From: an uncultured Chloroflexia bacterium
GTDB taxonomy: Bacteria; Chloroflexota; Limnocylindria; Limnocylindrales; CSP1-4
Length of the DNA stretch: 64,000 bases
NCBI GenBank assembly: GCA_963752475.1
Contig: CAVVYR010000019.1
Location: forward strand, 1 to 64,000
Direction of reading: 5' to 3'
Below the pieces are notes generated by a model. That model had not been told where the DNA came from. It made no database searches and worked only from the letters and a program-made list of their open reading frames with translations. Positions 20,349 to 30,405 of the stretch are shown here, piece after piece (the first letter of the stretch is position 1; every line of letters starts with the position of its first letter). The position numbers and the translations under genes were made by a program.

Positions 20349-21386
20349 CTAGGGGCAGGTCACGTAGGCTGTGGGGAAGGTCTCGGCGATCTCGCCGGTG
20401 AGGACCTTCAGGTCGTCACCGTAGGTCTCCACGTTGTCAGCGTGGATGAGCAGCGTGCCGGAGTCCACGAAGTACGGAGCATCCTCGGCGGGCGTGCAAC
20501 CGTGGGCCAGCATGGCCAGGATCTTGGAGCCCACGAAGGCCTGACCGTACGGGTTCTGGGCCATGGTGCCGTCGATGATGCCGTCGCGGATGGCGTCGAG
20601 GACGATGGGATCGTCGTCGATGCCGATCATGCGGATGCGGCCGTCACCGAGGTTGCGCAGCGCTGTCGCCGACACGGTGGAGGGGATGTACGCAGATGTC
20701 ACGATGCCATCGATCTCGTCGCCTCGAGCCGCGAGGAACGCATTGATCTTCTCGTCCGCGGACTCCTGGTCATCGATGTCGGCGATGTGCTCGACGATGG
20801 TGACGGCCCCGTCGGTCTCGGCCACGGCCTGCTCGACCGCGTCGATGCGCAGCGTAGTGTTGGGGTCGACTAGCTTGCCGGTGCCGTGCATGATCGCGCC
20901 TTCGCCGCCCATGGCCTCGATGAGGGCCTTGGTGCCGAGGTAGGCCGAGTTGGCCACGTCGGTGCCGAAGCAGAACGCGGCGTCGGTGGGCTCGGTGACA
21001 CAGCCGGCGATGGCCATGACCGGGAAGCCCGCTGCCGAGAGCTCGCTCATGATGGCGTTGGTGGCGTTGGCGTCACCGGGGAAGATGCCGAAGGCGTTGA
21101 AGCCCTGGGCGGCCATGCTGTTGAGCAGCTGGTTCTGATCCTCGAGGTTCCACTCGGGCGGGGCGCGGAAGGCGCTCTCGCCGAGCCCGTTCTCTGCCAC
21201 GGAGTCGGCCAGGCCGGGCTCCATCGGCAGGAAGTAGGGATGCGGGCCGCCGGGAACGATCGCTACGCGTACGTCGGAGAAGTCCATCTCCTCGGCCTGA
21301 GCGACTGCCGGGGCAGCGACCGCCAGAGCCATGAGGGCGCTGAGGCCCAAGCCGCCTAGTCGGATGGCGCGTGATCTGGATGCCAT
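20349..21386 (-). CDS. sugar ABC transporter substrate-binding protein
   Basis: GGAGG RBS, signal peptide ending AVA-QA, HPYF, AQNPYGQA. Confidence 0.9.
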   Translation of the reverse strand: MASRSRAIRLGGLGLSALMALAVAAPAVAQAEEMDFSDVRVAIVPGGPHPYFLPMEPGLADSVAENGLGESAFRAPPEWNLEDQNQLLNSMAAQGFNAFGIFPGDANATNAIMSELSAAGFPVMAIAGCVTEPTDAAFCFGTDVANSAYLGTKALIEAMGGEGAIMHGTGKLVDPNTTLRIDAVEQAVAETDGAVTIVEHIADIDDQESADEKINAFLAARGDEIDGIVTSAYIPSTVSATALRNLGDGRIRMIGIDDDPIVLDAIRDGIIDGTMAQNPYGQAFVGSKILAMLAHGCTPAEDAPYFVDSGTLLIHADNVETYGDDLKVLTGEIAETFPTAYVTCP

Positions 21387-21590
21387 CTGTACCTCCGTTG
21401 GGGTTGCTGTTGACGAAGAGCGATGTAGGTGGTGATGGCGGTCTGAGCCACCATCAGGCAGGGTGAGTTCCACTGCCGTCCAATCGATGTCCCGGTCCGG
21501 TCGGTCCACCTCCCCTCACTGGCCCTGATCGATCGCCGCCTTCTCCCGAGGGGCGACTGTCAGCGGTTGAAACAGGTGACCGATTGAGCG

Positions 21591-21605
21591 TATCACCTGA
21601 TGAAT
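21591..21605. promoter_or_regulatory. candidate GntR/FadR operator
   Basis: TATCACCTGATGA matches the reverse complement of 27123-27135 at 11/13 positions. Confidence 0.5.
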
Positions 21606-21772
21606 ATGCTACGTTGGCCGAGCGCGCAGAACCGTGACCCGACGGGCTCGCCGGCCCGCCGTTGCGGCGGCGCGGGAAGCCGATACAGGCCCAGGGGATC
21701 ATCAGCGACGAGCGACGAGGCTGTCTGCCGCTCGGGTGAACGGCAGCAGGTTCGCGGAAAGGACCGAGGACC

Positions 21773-22528
21773 ATGCGGGACCACGTGACGCGCCAGGAGT
21801 ACGACGCCTGGATCAGCGAATGCGCGGCGCTGGCCGTCGCCTGCGGCTTCCCCATCCGGGACTCCATGATCACCGACAACAGCGGCGTCATCTTCGGCCC
21901 TGACCAGTACGCGGCCTTCGAGAACGGCCTGTGGTCGCGCGAGCCCTACGAGATCATCGCCATCTTCGACGCCATCAACGAGCCCGCCGTCGATGGCCTG
22001 CCGCCAGCGGGGTTGGAGTGGGCCCAGTTCGGCGGTCTGTGTGAGAAGTTGATCGTCGTCCATCCGGGCAAGTTCTGTTCGGCCCACTTCCACTGGCGCA
22101 AGACCGAGTACTACGAGGTCGTGCTGGGTGAGGCCGACGTGTTCTACGCACCCGAGATCATCGACTTCCCCGAGCTGGGTGTCATCGCTTCGGAAGTCGT
22201 CGAGCGCCAGCCCATGCCCCAGGGTGACCCACGACCCGACAGCATCGTCCTGCCGGCCGGCAGGGAGAAGGCATGGGAGCTGCTGACGTCCTACCAGCGC
22301 GTACGCAAGGGTGATCCCAAGTTCGTCGTTCCGCGCAAGCATCTGCACGGCTTCGGCTGCCCGGCCGATGCCCGCACGCCGCTCATCATCCGCGAGAACT
22401 CGACCTACAACCACGAGCCGACGGAGTCGGCGAAGGACAGCCTCATGCCCGAGTGGCAACACATCCACGACAACGCCTTCATGCATCCGGGTGTGGCTGA
22501 GAGCCGCCTCGGCAACGTCATCCGCTAG
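21773..22528 (+). CDS. D-lyxose/D-mannose ketol-isomerase family cupin
   Basis: EKLIVV...HFHWRKTE and HLHGF metal-binding motifs. Confidence 0.7.
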   Translation: MRDHVTRQEYDAWISECAALAVACGFPIRDSMITDNSGVIFGPDQYAAFENGLWSREPYEIIAIFDAINEPAVDGLPPAGLEWAQFGGLCEKLIVVHPGKFCSAHFHWRKTEYYEVVLGEADVFYAPEIIDFPELGVIASEVVERQPMPQGDPRPDSIVLPAGREKAWELLTSYQRVRKGDPKFVVPRKHLHGFGCPADARTPLIIRENSTYNHEPTESAKDSLMPEWQHIHDNAFMHPGVAESRLGNVIR

Positions 22529-22574
22529 CACCCGGCGCGGCGACGCGACGCAGGAGGGCCCGAGAAGGGGACCG

Positions 22575-23747
22575 ATGATGACGATGACCAGCGCAGCTCG
22601 CGTGCGCGCAGCGCTCGACCACGTGGAACCAGATAAGGTCCCGCTCGACTTCGGTGGCGCCGAGGTCGCGGGCATCAACCGCCACACCATGCGCGGCATG
22701 CGCGAGTACCTCGGCCTGAGCCTGGACGTCGAGCTCGATGACCTCATCTGCCAGACGGGCGTGATGGCCGACGACCTCATCGAGCGCCTGGGCGTGGACG
22801 TCAGGATCGTCGGGCCCAACGACCCGTCCGACCCCGGCCTGGAGCAGGACCTGGGGCTGGTCGGGGACCACTACCGCTACATCGACGAGTTCGGCATCGG
22901 CTGGCAGATGCCCCGGGTCGGTGGCCACTACTACGACCTCTATCGGTATCCCTTCGCGGAGGTCGATACCGTGGAGGAGGTGGAGGCCTATCCCTGGCCC
23001 GACATGTCCGACCCGGCCCGCACCAAGGGCATGGCCCAGCGGGCACGAGTGGTCGCGCGCGACGAGCAGAAGGCCGTCTTCCTGGGGCGCGCCAGCTCGG
23101 GCATGTGGGAGCACGTCATGTGGATGACGGGCTACGAGAAGTACTACATGGACATGGTCACCAACCCTGCGCTGTGCCGGGCCAAGATGGAGAAGATCCT
23201 CGAGCTCAAGATGCAGTACTGGGGCCGGGTGCTCGCTGAGGTCGAGGAGGAGTACGTCGTCGTCTCCTGCGCCGATGACCTCGGTGGCCAGAACGGACTC
23301 CTCGTCTCACTCGACATGTACAAGGAACTGGTGTGGCCGTACCACAAGCGCCTCTTCGAGTTCCTCAAGTCGACCCCGTCGAAGGCCAAGGTCTATGTCT
23401 TCTACCACAACGATGGAGCCATCTACGAGACGCTGCCACTGCTCATCGAGGCCGGCGTCGACATCATCAACCCCTGGCAGGTCAACTGTGCGGGCATGGA
23501 TGACACGGCCAGGTTCAAGCGCGAGTTCGGCAACGACCTCACGGTCTGGGGCGGCAGCTGCGATACCCAACAGGTCCTGCCCTTCGGTACGCCCCAGGAG
23601 GTGCGCGACGAGACCCGCCGACGCATCGAAGACCTCGCGCCCGGCGGTGGCTACGTCTTCGCGCCCATCCACATCATCCAGTCGGGCGTACCGGTCGAGA
23701 ACGTGATGGCCATGTGGGAGACGCTGCAGGAGTACGGCGTCTACTGA
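22575..23747 (+). CDS. UroD/MtaA-CmuA family protein (putative corrinoid-dependent methyltransferase)
   Basis: EPDKVPLDFGG, ADDLGGQ, YHNDG, LAPGGGYVF; start ~22575 after GAAGGGG. Confidence 0.88.
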   Translation: MMTMTSAARVRAALDHVEPDKVPLDFGGAEVAGINRHTMRGMREYLGLSLDVELDDLICQTGVMADDLIERLGVDVRIVGPNDPSDPGLEQDLGLVGDHYRYIDEFGIGWQMPRVGGHYYDLYRYPFAEVDTVEEVEAYPWPDMSDPARTKGMAQRARVVARDEQKAVFLGRASSGMWEHVMWMTGYEKYYMDMVTNPALCRAKMEKILELKMQYWGRVLAEVEEEYVVVSCADDLGGQNGLLVSLDMYKELVWPYHKRLFEFLKSTPSKAKVYVFYHNDGAIYETLPLLIEAGVDIINPWQVNCAGMDDTARFKREFGNDLTVWGGSCDTQQVLPFGTPQEVRDETRRRIEDLAPGGGYVFAPIHIIQSGVPVENVMAMWETLQEYGVY

Positions 23748-24616
23748 GCAGCAGGCTCGGCTCCATCATCGAGCGCGTAGACGGTCACGGCCGTGCCCCC
23801 CAGGACCTGTGCCCGCTCGTGCTCCGAGAGATCGGCCAACAGCTCGGTCGCAGCCGCGTGCACCCGCTCGTACCCGGCCGCGAGCGTGCAGACCGGCCAG
23901 TCGGACCCGAACATCAAGCGTCCTGGTCCGTACCACTCGAGTAGACGCTCTGCGTAAGGCCGCAGGTCGTCGATGGTCCAGGCCGCCCAGTCGGCTTCCG
24001 TGACCATGCCCGAGAGCTTGACGCTGACTCCCTCATGGCCGGCCAGCCGTCGCATGAGCTCGCTCCAGGGCTCGAGCTCGCCGGCTGCGATGGGTGGCTT
24101 GGCGATGTGATCGACCACGAAGCGGACCTCGGGCAGATCGGCCACGAGCTCCAGCGTGGCCGGCAGCTCACGCGGTCGGACGAGCAGGTCGTAGACGAGC
24201 CCGGCCTGGCCCACGGCGCGGATGCCCCGCCCGACGTCCGGTCGCAGCAGCCACTCGGGATCAGCCTCATCGTGCACCTGGTGGCGGATCGCCTTGAGCC
24301 AACGTCCGTCGGGCCGGGCTCGCAGCCGGTCGATGACGGCCTCCACGGCGGGGTCGGTCAGATCCACCCAACCGACCACGCCGGCCACGAAGTCGGTCGT
24401 GTCCGCGATGCGCAGGAAGAGCTCGGTCTCCTCGACGCTCGAGATGGTTTGCACCAGCACCGAGCGGTCGATACCGGCGGCCGCGAGGAGCGGACGCAAC
24501 TCGTCGGGCCCGCTCCTGCCTGCCAGGCCGGCAGCGGCACCGGTCATCCAGGGGTACTCGAAGGGACCACTGGTGGTGTCCCAGAAGTGATGGTGTGAAT
24601 CGACGGTCGTGACCAT
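23741..24616 (-). CDS. amidohydrolase family sugar lactonase (L-fuconolactonase-like)
   Basis: DSHHHFW, VVGWVDL, DHIAKP, FGSDWPV. Confidence 0.88.
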   Translation of the reverse strand: MVTTVDSHHHFWDTTSGPFEYPWMTGAAAGLAGRSGPDELRPLLAAAGIDRSVLVQTISSVEETELFLRIADTTDFVAGVVGWVDLTDPAVEAVIDRLRARPDGRWLKAIRHQVHDEADPEWLLRPDVGRGIRAVGQAGLVYDLLVRPRELPATLELVADLPEVRFVVDHIAKPPIAAGELEPWSELMRRLAGHEGVSVKLSGMVTEADWAAWTIDDLRPYAERLLEWYGPGRLMFGSDWPVCTLAAGYERVHAAATELLADLSEHERAQVLGGTAVTVYALDDGAEPAAQ

Positions 24617-24785
24617 CGTGGTCTCCTCTCCGTGCGCGGGCGAGCCCGATGGTGTGCAGCGTAGCCGACCACGGGCTGCCGAAGCCGTGCTCGTGCGCGA
24701 CGGGGGAGACCGCCCTCGCTCGCGGTCGTACGATGGGCATCAGTGGGGGCTACCGGCCCCGACCCAGTCTCAGGGGAGTGAGTGA

Positions 24786-25595
24786 ATGGGCAGATTCGAA
24801 GGTCGCACCGGACTCGTGACCGGAGCCGGACAAGGCATCGGGGCCGCCACGGCGCGTCGTCTCTTGGAGGACGGCGCACGGGTGACCGGCATGGATCGCA
24901 ACGAAGCGGCGCTCGAGCGGACAGCTGCCGCGTTCGGTCCACTCGCAGAGCGGTTCACACCGCTCGTCGGGGATGTCACCGACAAGAGCGCGAGGGCTGC
25001 GGCCATCGAGGCCGCCGTCGACGCCGATGGCGCGCTGCACATGCTGGTGAACAACGCGGCGGTGTTCCTGCTCGCCGGGCCCGGCGCGACCGAGGAGCAG
25101 TGGAACGAGACCATCGCCGTCAACCTCCTGGCGCCGGCCTACCTCTCCGACGAGGCGACCCCGGCCCTGGCCAAGAGCGGCCATGGGGCCATCGTCAACA
25201 TCGCCAGCATCGCGGGGCATGTCGGTCAGATCGACCGCCAGACCTACAACGCGAGCAAGGGCGGCATCCTCGAGCTGACGCGGTGCCAGGCCCTCGACCT
25301 CGCTCGGCACAAGATCCGCTCCAACAGCGTGAGCCCGGGCTGGATCTGGACCGAGGTCCTCGAGGAGTTCTCCGAGGGTGACCGGCCGAAGTGGGAGGCC
25401 GTCTGGGGCAAGTACAGCGTGTTCGATCGGTGCGCCGAGCCCAGCGAGGTGGCCGCGGCCATCGCCTTCCTGCTCAGCGACGACGCCAGCTTCGTGACCG
25501 GTGCCGACCTCCCGGTCGACGGCGGCTACCTGGCGCTCGGACCGGAAGGTGGCTTCAAGCTGACGACGCTCGAGTCGCGAGAACAACAGGGCTGA
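24786..25595 (+). CDS. SDR family oxidoreductase
   Basis: TGAGQGIG, NNAA, YNASK, VDGG. Confidence 0.92.
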   Translation: MGRFEGRTGLVTGAGQGIGAATARRLLEDGARVTGMDRNEAALERTAAAFGPLAERFTPLVGDVTDKSARAAAIEAAVDADGALHMLVNNAAVFLLAGPGATEEQWNETIAVNLLAPAYLSDEATPALAKSGHGAIVNIASIAGHVGQIDRQTYNASKGGILELTRCQALDLARHKIRSNSVSPGWIWTEVLEEFSEGDRPKWEAVWGKYSVFDRCAEPSEVAAAIAFLLSDDASFVTGADLPVDGGYLALGPEGGFKLTTLESREQQG

Positions 25596-25605
25596 AAGCC
25601 TGGGC

Positions 25606-27075
25606 TCAGCCCTCGGGCGGGTCGATCTTCCAGGACACGAACTTGGTCTCGAGGTACTCCTCGAGACCCCACTTGCCGCCCTCGCGGCCGAGTCCCGATT
25701 CCTTGACCCCGCCGAATGGTGCCTGGGGCGTGGAGGGCAATCCGTCGTTGGCGCCGATGATGCCGTACTCGAGCCCCTCAGCCACGCGGATGAGCCGCGA
25801 GGCGTCACGCGTATAGAGGTAAGCGGCGAGGCCGTAGGGCGTGTCGTTGGCCTTGGCGATGGCATCGGCCTCGTCCTCGAAACGGACCACCGGTGCCACG
25901 GGCCCGAACGTCTCTTCGACCATGATGGCCATGCCGGGCCGGACGCCGGTGATGACGGTCGGCGCGAAGAAACGGTCGGCGTGTCCATCGGGCGGCGGCA
26001 GGCGCCTGCCGCCGGTCACGATCGCGGCGCCACCCGCGACCGCATCCGCGATGTGTTCCTCGACCTTGGCCACGGCCCGGTCGTCGACCAGGGGCCCGAT
26101 GTGGGTGCCCGCGGCGAAGCCGTCACCGACCGACAGGCCCTCTGATGCCTCCGTCAGCGCCTCGACGAAGCGATCGTGGATGCCCGCCTGCACGTAGACC
26201 CGGTTGGCGCAGATACAGGTCTGGCCGGCGTTGCGGTACTTCGACGCCAGCGCTCCGGCCACTGCCAGGTCGAGATCGGCATCGTCGAACACCAGCACCG
26301 GCGCGTGGCCACCCAGCTCCAGCCCGAGCCGGGTCACGTGCTCTGCGGCGAGCACCATCAGGCGCTTGCCGACCTCCGTCGAGCCGGTGAACGAGAGCGC
26401 GCGGACGCGGGCGTCGGCGAGCAGCGTCTCCGCGATGACGTCGGCCTTGCCGGAGATGACGTTGACGACACCGGCCGGCAGGCCGGCTTCGATGCTCAGC
26501 TCACCCAGCGCCAGCGCGCTCAGCGGTGTCTTGCTGGCGGGCTTGACGACCATGGTGCAGCCCGCGGCCAGGGCCGGCGCGAGCTTGCGCGTGATCATGG
26601 CCGAGGGCAGGTTCCAGGGGGTGATGGCCGCGGCCACACCGATCGGCTGGCGCAGGACGAGGATGCGCTTGTCGGGCACGAAGGCCTGGACCGTCTCGCC
26701 GTAGATGCGCTTCGCTTCCTCGGCACTCCACTCGACGAAGCCGGCGGCATAGGCGATCTCGCCCCGCGACTCGGCCAGCGGCTTGCCAACCTCGAGGGTG
26801 ATGATCTCCGCCAGCCGCTCCTGGTCTCGCATCATCAGCTCGTACAGCCGGCGCAGCGTGCGAGCACGCTCCGCGCCGGGCAGGGCCCGCCATCCGGGCA
26901 GCGCCGCGTGCGCGGCGTCCACCGCGGCGGTCGTGTCGGCTGCACCGCCCTCCGGCACCGTGCCGATGAGGCTGTCGTCCGAGGGGTTGCGGACCTCGAT
27001 CTCCCGGCCGCTCTTCGCGGCCACCCATTCGCCGCCGATCAGCGCGCGATCCATGACTCGTCCACCTGCCGGCAT
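25606..27075 (-). CDS. NAD(P)-dependent aldehyde dehydrogenase, succinate-semialdehyde dehydrogenase (GabD)-like
   Basis: ITPWN, FTGSTEVG, LELGGHAP, GQTCIC, EETFGP; AGGAGG RBS before ATG at 27075. Confidence 0.9.
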   Translation of the reverse strand: MPAGGRVMDRALIGGEWVAAKSGREIEVRNPSDDSLIGTVPEGGAADTTAAVDAAHAALPGWRALPGAERARTLRRLYELMMRDQERLAEIITLEVGKPLAESRGEIAYAAGFVEWSAEEAKRIYGETVQAFVPDKRILVLRQPIGVAAAITPWNLPSAMITRKLAPALAAGCTMVVKPASKTPLSALALGELSIEAGLPAGVVNVISGKADVIAETLLADARVRALSFTGSTEVGKRLMVLAAEHVTRLGLELGGHAPVLVFDDADLDLAVAGALASKYRNAGQTCICANRVYVQAGIHDRFVEALTEASEGLSVGDGFAAGTHIGPLVDDRAVAKVEEHIADAVAGGAAIVTGGRRLPPPDGHADRFFAPTVITGVRPGMAIMVEETFGPVAPVVRFEDEADAIAKANDTPYGLAAYLYTRDASRLIRVAEGLEYGIIGANDGLPSTPQAPFGGVKESGLGREGGKWGLEEYLETKFVSWKIDPPEG

Positions 27076-27122
27076 CGTTACCTCCTGGGTTCCGCGGCGC
27101 ATGTCCTCCCGATTTGAGCAGG

Positions 27123-27143
27123 TCATACGGTGATAGGATGAAT
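27123..27143. promoter_or_regulatory. candidate GntR/FadR operator (overlapping half-sites)
   Basis: TCATACGGTGATAGGATGAAT in the divergent promoter; similar to the 21591 site. Confidence 0.5.
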
Positions 27144-27192
27144 CTTACGTGACGAGCGTGGCTTCCGCGCTCGGCAACGATGGGAGGAAGCG

Positions 27193-28155
27193 ATGCCCGA
27201 GAACGGTGACCGCCGCCTCGAGTGGTACCGCAGGATGCTGCTCATCCGCAGCTTCGAGGACACCGTCTACCAGATGTTCATGGCCGGACGGATCGAGGGC
27301 ACCGCCCACCTCTGCCAGGGCCAGGAGGCCGTGTCGGTCGGCGCCACCGCGGCCATGACCCGTGGTGATGTCCAGACCAATACCTATCGAGGGCACGGTG
27401 AGGCGCTCGCGCTGGGCATGTCGGCCGAGGAAGCCATGGGCGAGATGCTCGGTCGCGCTACCGGCGGATCCCAGGGCATGGGCGGCTCCATGCACCTGAT
27501 CGATCGGGCCAATGGCAACATCGGTGCCAACGCCATCGTCGGCGCCGGCATGCCCATCGCCGTGGGTGCAGCCATGGCCTTCAAGTTCCGCCAGGAGCCC
27601 AACGTCGCACTCACCTTCATGGGCGATGGGGCGACGAACATCGGTACCTTCCACGAGTCGCTGAACATGGCGGCGGTGTGGGCAGCGCCGGTCGTCTTCA
27701 TCATCACCAACAACCTCTACGGCGAGTACTCGCCGGTCCGCATGACCACGCCGATCGACGATCTGGCGCGTCGGGCCGAGCCGCATGGCATGCCGGGCGT
27801 CGTCGTCGACGGGCAGGACGTCGAGGCGGTGTACGCGGCCACGTCGGAAGCGGTCGGCCGGGCACGTGCCGGCGATGGACCCTCCCTCCTCGAGATGAAG
27901 ACCTACCGGTACCGTGGGCACTCACGCTCCGAGCCGGCGCGCTACCGGCCGGAGGGCGAGCTGGAAGCCTGGGTCGAGCGCGACCCCATCGGGATCCTGG
28001 GCCGCCGACTCCTCGACGAGGGACTGATGACGAGTGGGGAGCAGACCTCGGTCGCCCAGGACATGGAGTCCGAAGTCCAAGTCGCCATCGAGCGCGCGGA
28101 GGCGGCGCCGTATCTGACGCTCGAGGAGGCCCGACGCCATGTCTATGCCGACTGA
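27193..28155 (+). CDS. TPP-dependent dehydrogenase E1 alpha subunit (acetoin/pyruvate type)
   Basis: GQEAV, YRGHG, GDGA...NNLY, YRYRGHS. Confidence 0.93.
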   Translation: MPENGDRRLEWYRRMLLIRSFEDTVYQMFMAGRIEGTAHLCQGQEAVSVGATAAMTRGDVQTNTYRGHGEALALGMSAEEAMGEMLGRATGGSQGMGGSMHLIDRANGNIGANAIVGAGMPIAVGAAMAFKFRQEPNVALTFMGDGATNIGTFHESLNMAAVWAAPVVFIITNNLYGEYSPVRMTTPIDDLARRAEPHGMPGVVVDGQDVEAVYAATSEAVGRARAGDGPSLLEMKTYRYRGHSRSEPARYRPEGELEAWVERDPIGILGRRLLDEGLMTSGEQTSVAQDMESEVQVAIERAEAAPYLTLEEARRHVYAD

Positions 28156-29158
28156 GGCGCAGGCGAAGACCGCCAGCGGTGACGTCGCGGAGATGACCTA
28201 CCGCGAGGCCGTGCAGGCGGCGCTCGACGACAGCCTGGCCGAGGACCCCGCGGTCGTGTTCATGGGCGAGGACGTGGGCAACCAGGGCGGCGTCTACAAG
28301 ACCAATGTGGGCCTGGCCGAGAAGTACGGCCAGCGCATCATCAACACGCCCATCTGCGAGAACGGCTTCACGGGTGTAGCCCTGGGCATGGCCGTGATGG
28401 GCATGCGGCCGATCGTCGAGTTCATGTTCGCCGACTTCATGCCCACTGCCGGCGACGCCATCGTCAACCAGCTGCCCAAGTACCGCTTCATGAGCGGTGG
28501 CCAGCTGTCGGCGCCGGTCACCCTGCGCGTGGTCTCAGGGGCCGGCACTCGTTTCGGTACCCAGCACACCGCCTCGGGCGAGTCATGGTTCATGGCCCAG
28601 CCGGGCCTGCGTGTGGCCGCGGCGGGCACGCCCGCGGCCGCGTACGAGCTACTGCGCGCGGCCGTGCGCTCCAACGACCCCACCATCGTGCACGAGCACC
28701 GGCTGCTGTACCTGCGGAAGGGCGACGTCCGTCGTGGCGCGGTGGCGGAGTTGGGCAAGGCCAAGGTCGAGCGGCAAGGCGCCGACGTCACGATCGTATC
28801 CACGATGCTCATGCTCCAGCGGTCCCTACAGGCCGCCGAGATGCTGGAGCAGGACGAGGGCATCAGTGTCGAGGTCATCGACCTGCGCTGGATCCGCCCG
28901 CTCGACCTGGACACCATCAGCGCCTCGGTCGAGCGGACCGGGCGCCTGGTGGTGGTCGAGGAGCAGCCACACGAGGGTGGCTGGGGGGCCACGCTCATCA
29001 GCCGACTGGCCATGGCCGGCACGAGTATGTCGACCCGACCACGCTGCGTCTCCCTGCTCGACGACATGCTCGTGCCCTTCGCGGCGCCACTCGAGGACGC
29101 CGTCATACCCTCGACCGAGCGGATCGCCGAAGAGGTGCGGGCTAGTCTGATGTCATGA
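28139..29158 (+). CDS. TPP-dependent dehydrogenase E1 beta subunit
   Basis: MGEDV, NTPICE, GTQH, EVIDLRWIRPLD. Confidence 0.93.
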   Translation: MSMPTEAQAKTASGDVAEMTYREAVQAALDDSLAEDPAVVFMGEDVGNQGGVYKTNVGLAEKYGQRIINTPICENGFTGVALGMAVMGMRPIVEFMFADFMPTAGDAIVNQLPKYRFMSGGQLSAPVTLRVVSGAGTRFGTQHTASGESWFMAQPGLRVAAAGTPAAAYELLRAAVRSNDPTIVHEHRLLYLRKGDVRRGAVAELGKAKVERQGADVTIVSTMLMLQRSLQAAEMLEQDEGISVEVIDLRWIRPLDLDTISASVERTGRLVVVEEQPHEGGWGATLISRLAMAGTSMSTRPRCVSLLDDMLVPFAAPLEDAVIPSTERIAEEVRASLMS

Positions 29159-30387
29159 ACACGACCGTCATCGAGAGCATCACCAGCCGCGACCTGCGCT
29201 TCGAGTTGGAGGCGGGGGAGGGCTCCGACTCGGTCCACAACACCGCGGAGTACGCCTACGCGGTGGCATCGCTCACCAGCAACGGGGCACTGGTCGGCAA
29301 CGGCCTGACCTTCACCCTCGGCGGTGGCAACCATCTCGTCTGCCAAGCCATCGAGGCCCTGGGTTCGCCGCTCGTCGGGCGCGATATCGAGGAGGTCATG
29401 GCCGACTTCGGCCGCGTCTTCGACGAGATCGCGGACCATCCGCAGTATCGCTGGCTCGGACCCCATAAGGGTGTCGTGCACCTCGCCCTGGGTGCGCTGA
29501 CCAACGCCTGCTACGACCTTTGGGCCAAGTCTCGCGGCGTGCCGCTGTGGCGTCTGCTGTTGGACCTCTCGCCCGAGGAGCTCGTGCGCACGCTGGACCT
29601 TTCGTACCTCGAGGACGTGCTCACGCACGACGAGGCGGTCGAGATGCTGGCCACCCGCATGGACTCGCGCGCTGAGCGCTCAGATGTCCTGGAGTCGGGT
29701 TACCCCGGCTACGACACGTCGGTCGGCTGGTTCGAGTTCAGCACCGGGCAGGTGCTGGAGAAGGCGCGAGCGGCCGTGGAGCAGGGCTTCGAGGCCGTGA
29801 AGCTCAAGGTCGGCGGAGCGGATAGCCGACGCGACATCGACCGGGCGCTCAAGCTGCGTGAAGCCATGGGCCCGGACATCCGCATCATGCTCGATGCCAA
29901 CCAGCAGTGGCCGCTGCCACGGGCCATCGAGATCTGCGGCGAACTCGCCGCCATGGACCCCTACTGGATCGAGGAGCCTACGCACCCCGACGACGTCTTC
30001 GCTCATCGTGACCTGGCCCGAGCCATCGCACCGGTCAAGTTGGCGGCCGGCGAGGCCGTGCCCAACCGAGTCATCTTCAAGAACCTGCTGCAGGCCCAAG
30101 CCATGCACTTCGTGCAGGTCGACGCCACGCGGGTCGGCGGCATCAGCGAGTTCATCACGGTCAGCCTGCTGGCGAAGAAGTACGGCTTGCCCGTGGTGCC
30201 ACACGTCGGCGACATGGGCCAGATCCACCAGCACCTCGTGCTGTTCAACCGCGTGGCCCTGGATCACGAGGAGATCTTCCTCGAGTACATCCCGCACCTG
30301 CGGGAGCACTTCCTGGAGCCGGCGCGCGTCGAAGGGGGCCGATACCTGGTGCCGAGTGCGCCCGGCAACAGCAGCGACCTGCGCTAA
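29155..30387 (+). CDS. fucD: L-fuconate dehydratase-like enolase superfamily protein
   Basis: GSDSV, RWLGPHKGVVHLA, KLKVG, DANQ, WIEEPT. Confidence 0.85.
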   Translation: MNTTVIESITSRDLRFELEAGEGSDSVHNTAEYAYAVASLTSNGALVGNGLTFTLGGGNHLVCQAIEALGSPLVGRDIEEVMADFGRVFDEIADHPQYRWLGPHKGVVHLALGALTNACYDLWAKSRGVPLWRLLLDLSPEELVRTLDLSYLEDVLTHDEAVEMLATRMDSRAERSDVLESGYPGYDTSVGWFEFSTGQVLEKARAAVEQGFEAVKLKVGGADSRRDIDRALKLREAMGPDIRIMLDANQQWPLPRAIEICGELAAMDPYWIEEPTHPDDVFAHRDLARAIAPVKLAAGEAVPNRVIFKNLLQAQAMHFVQVDATRVGGISEFITVSLLAKKYGLPVVPHVGDMGQIHQHLVLFNRVALDHEEIFLEYIPHLREHFLEPARVEGGRYLVPSAPGNSSDLR

Positions 30388-30405
30388 CCGCTAGGCTCGC
30401 ACGCC

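Noticed and set aside
21387-21772. cobalamin or other riboswitch in long intergenic regions (also 4875-5135)
   Set aside because: No convincing B12-box or other aptamer core recognised by eye; an Rfam scan is needed
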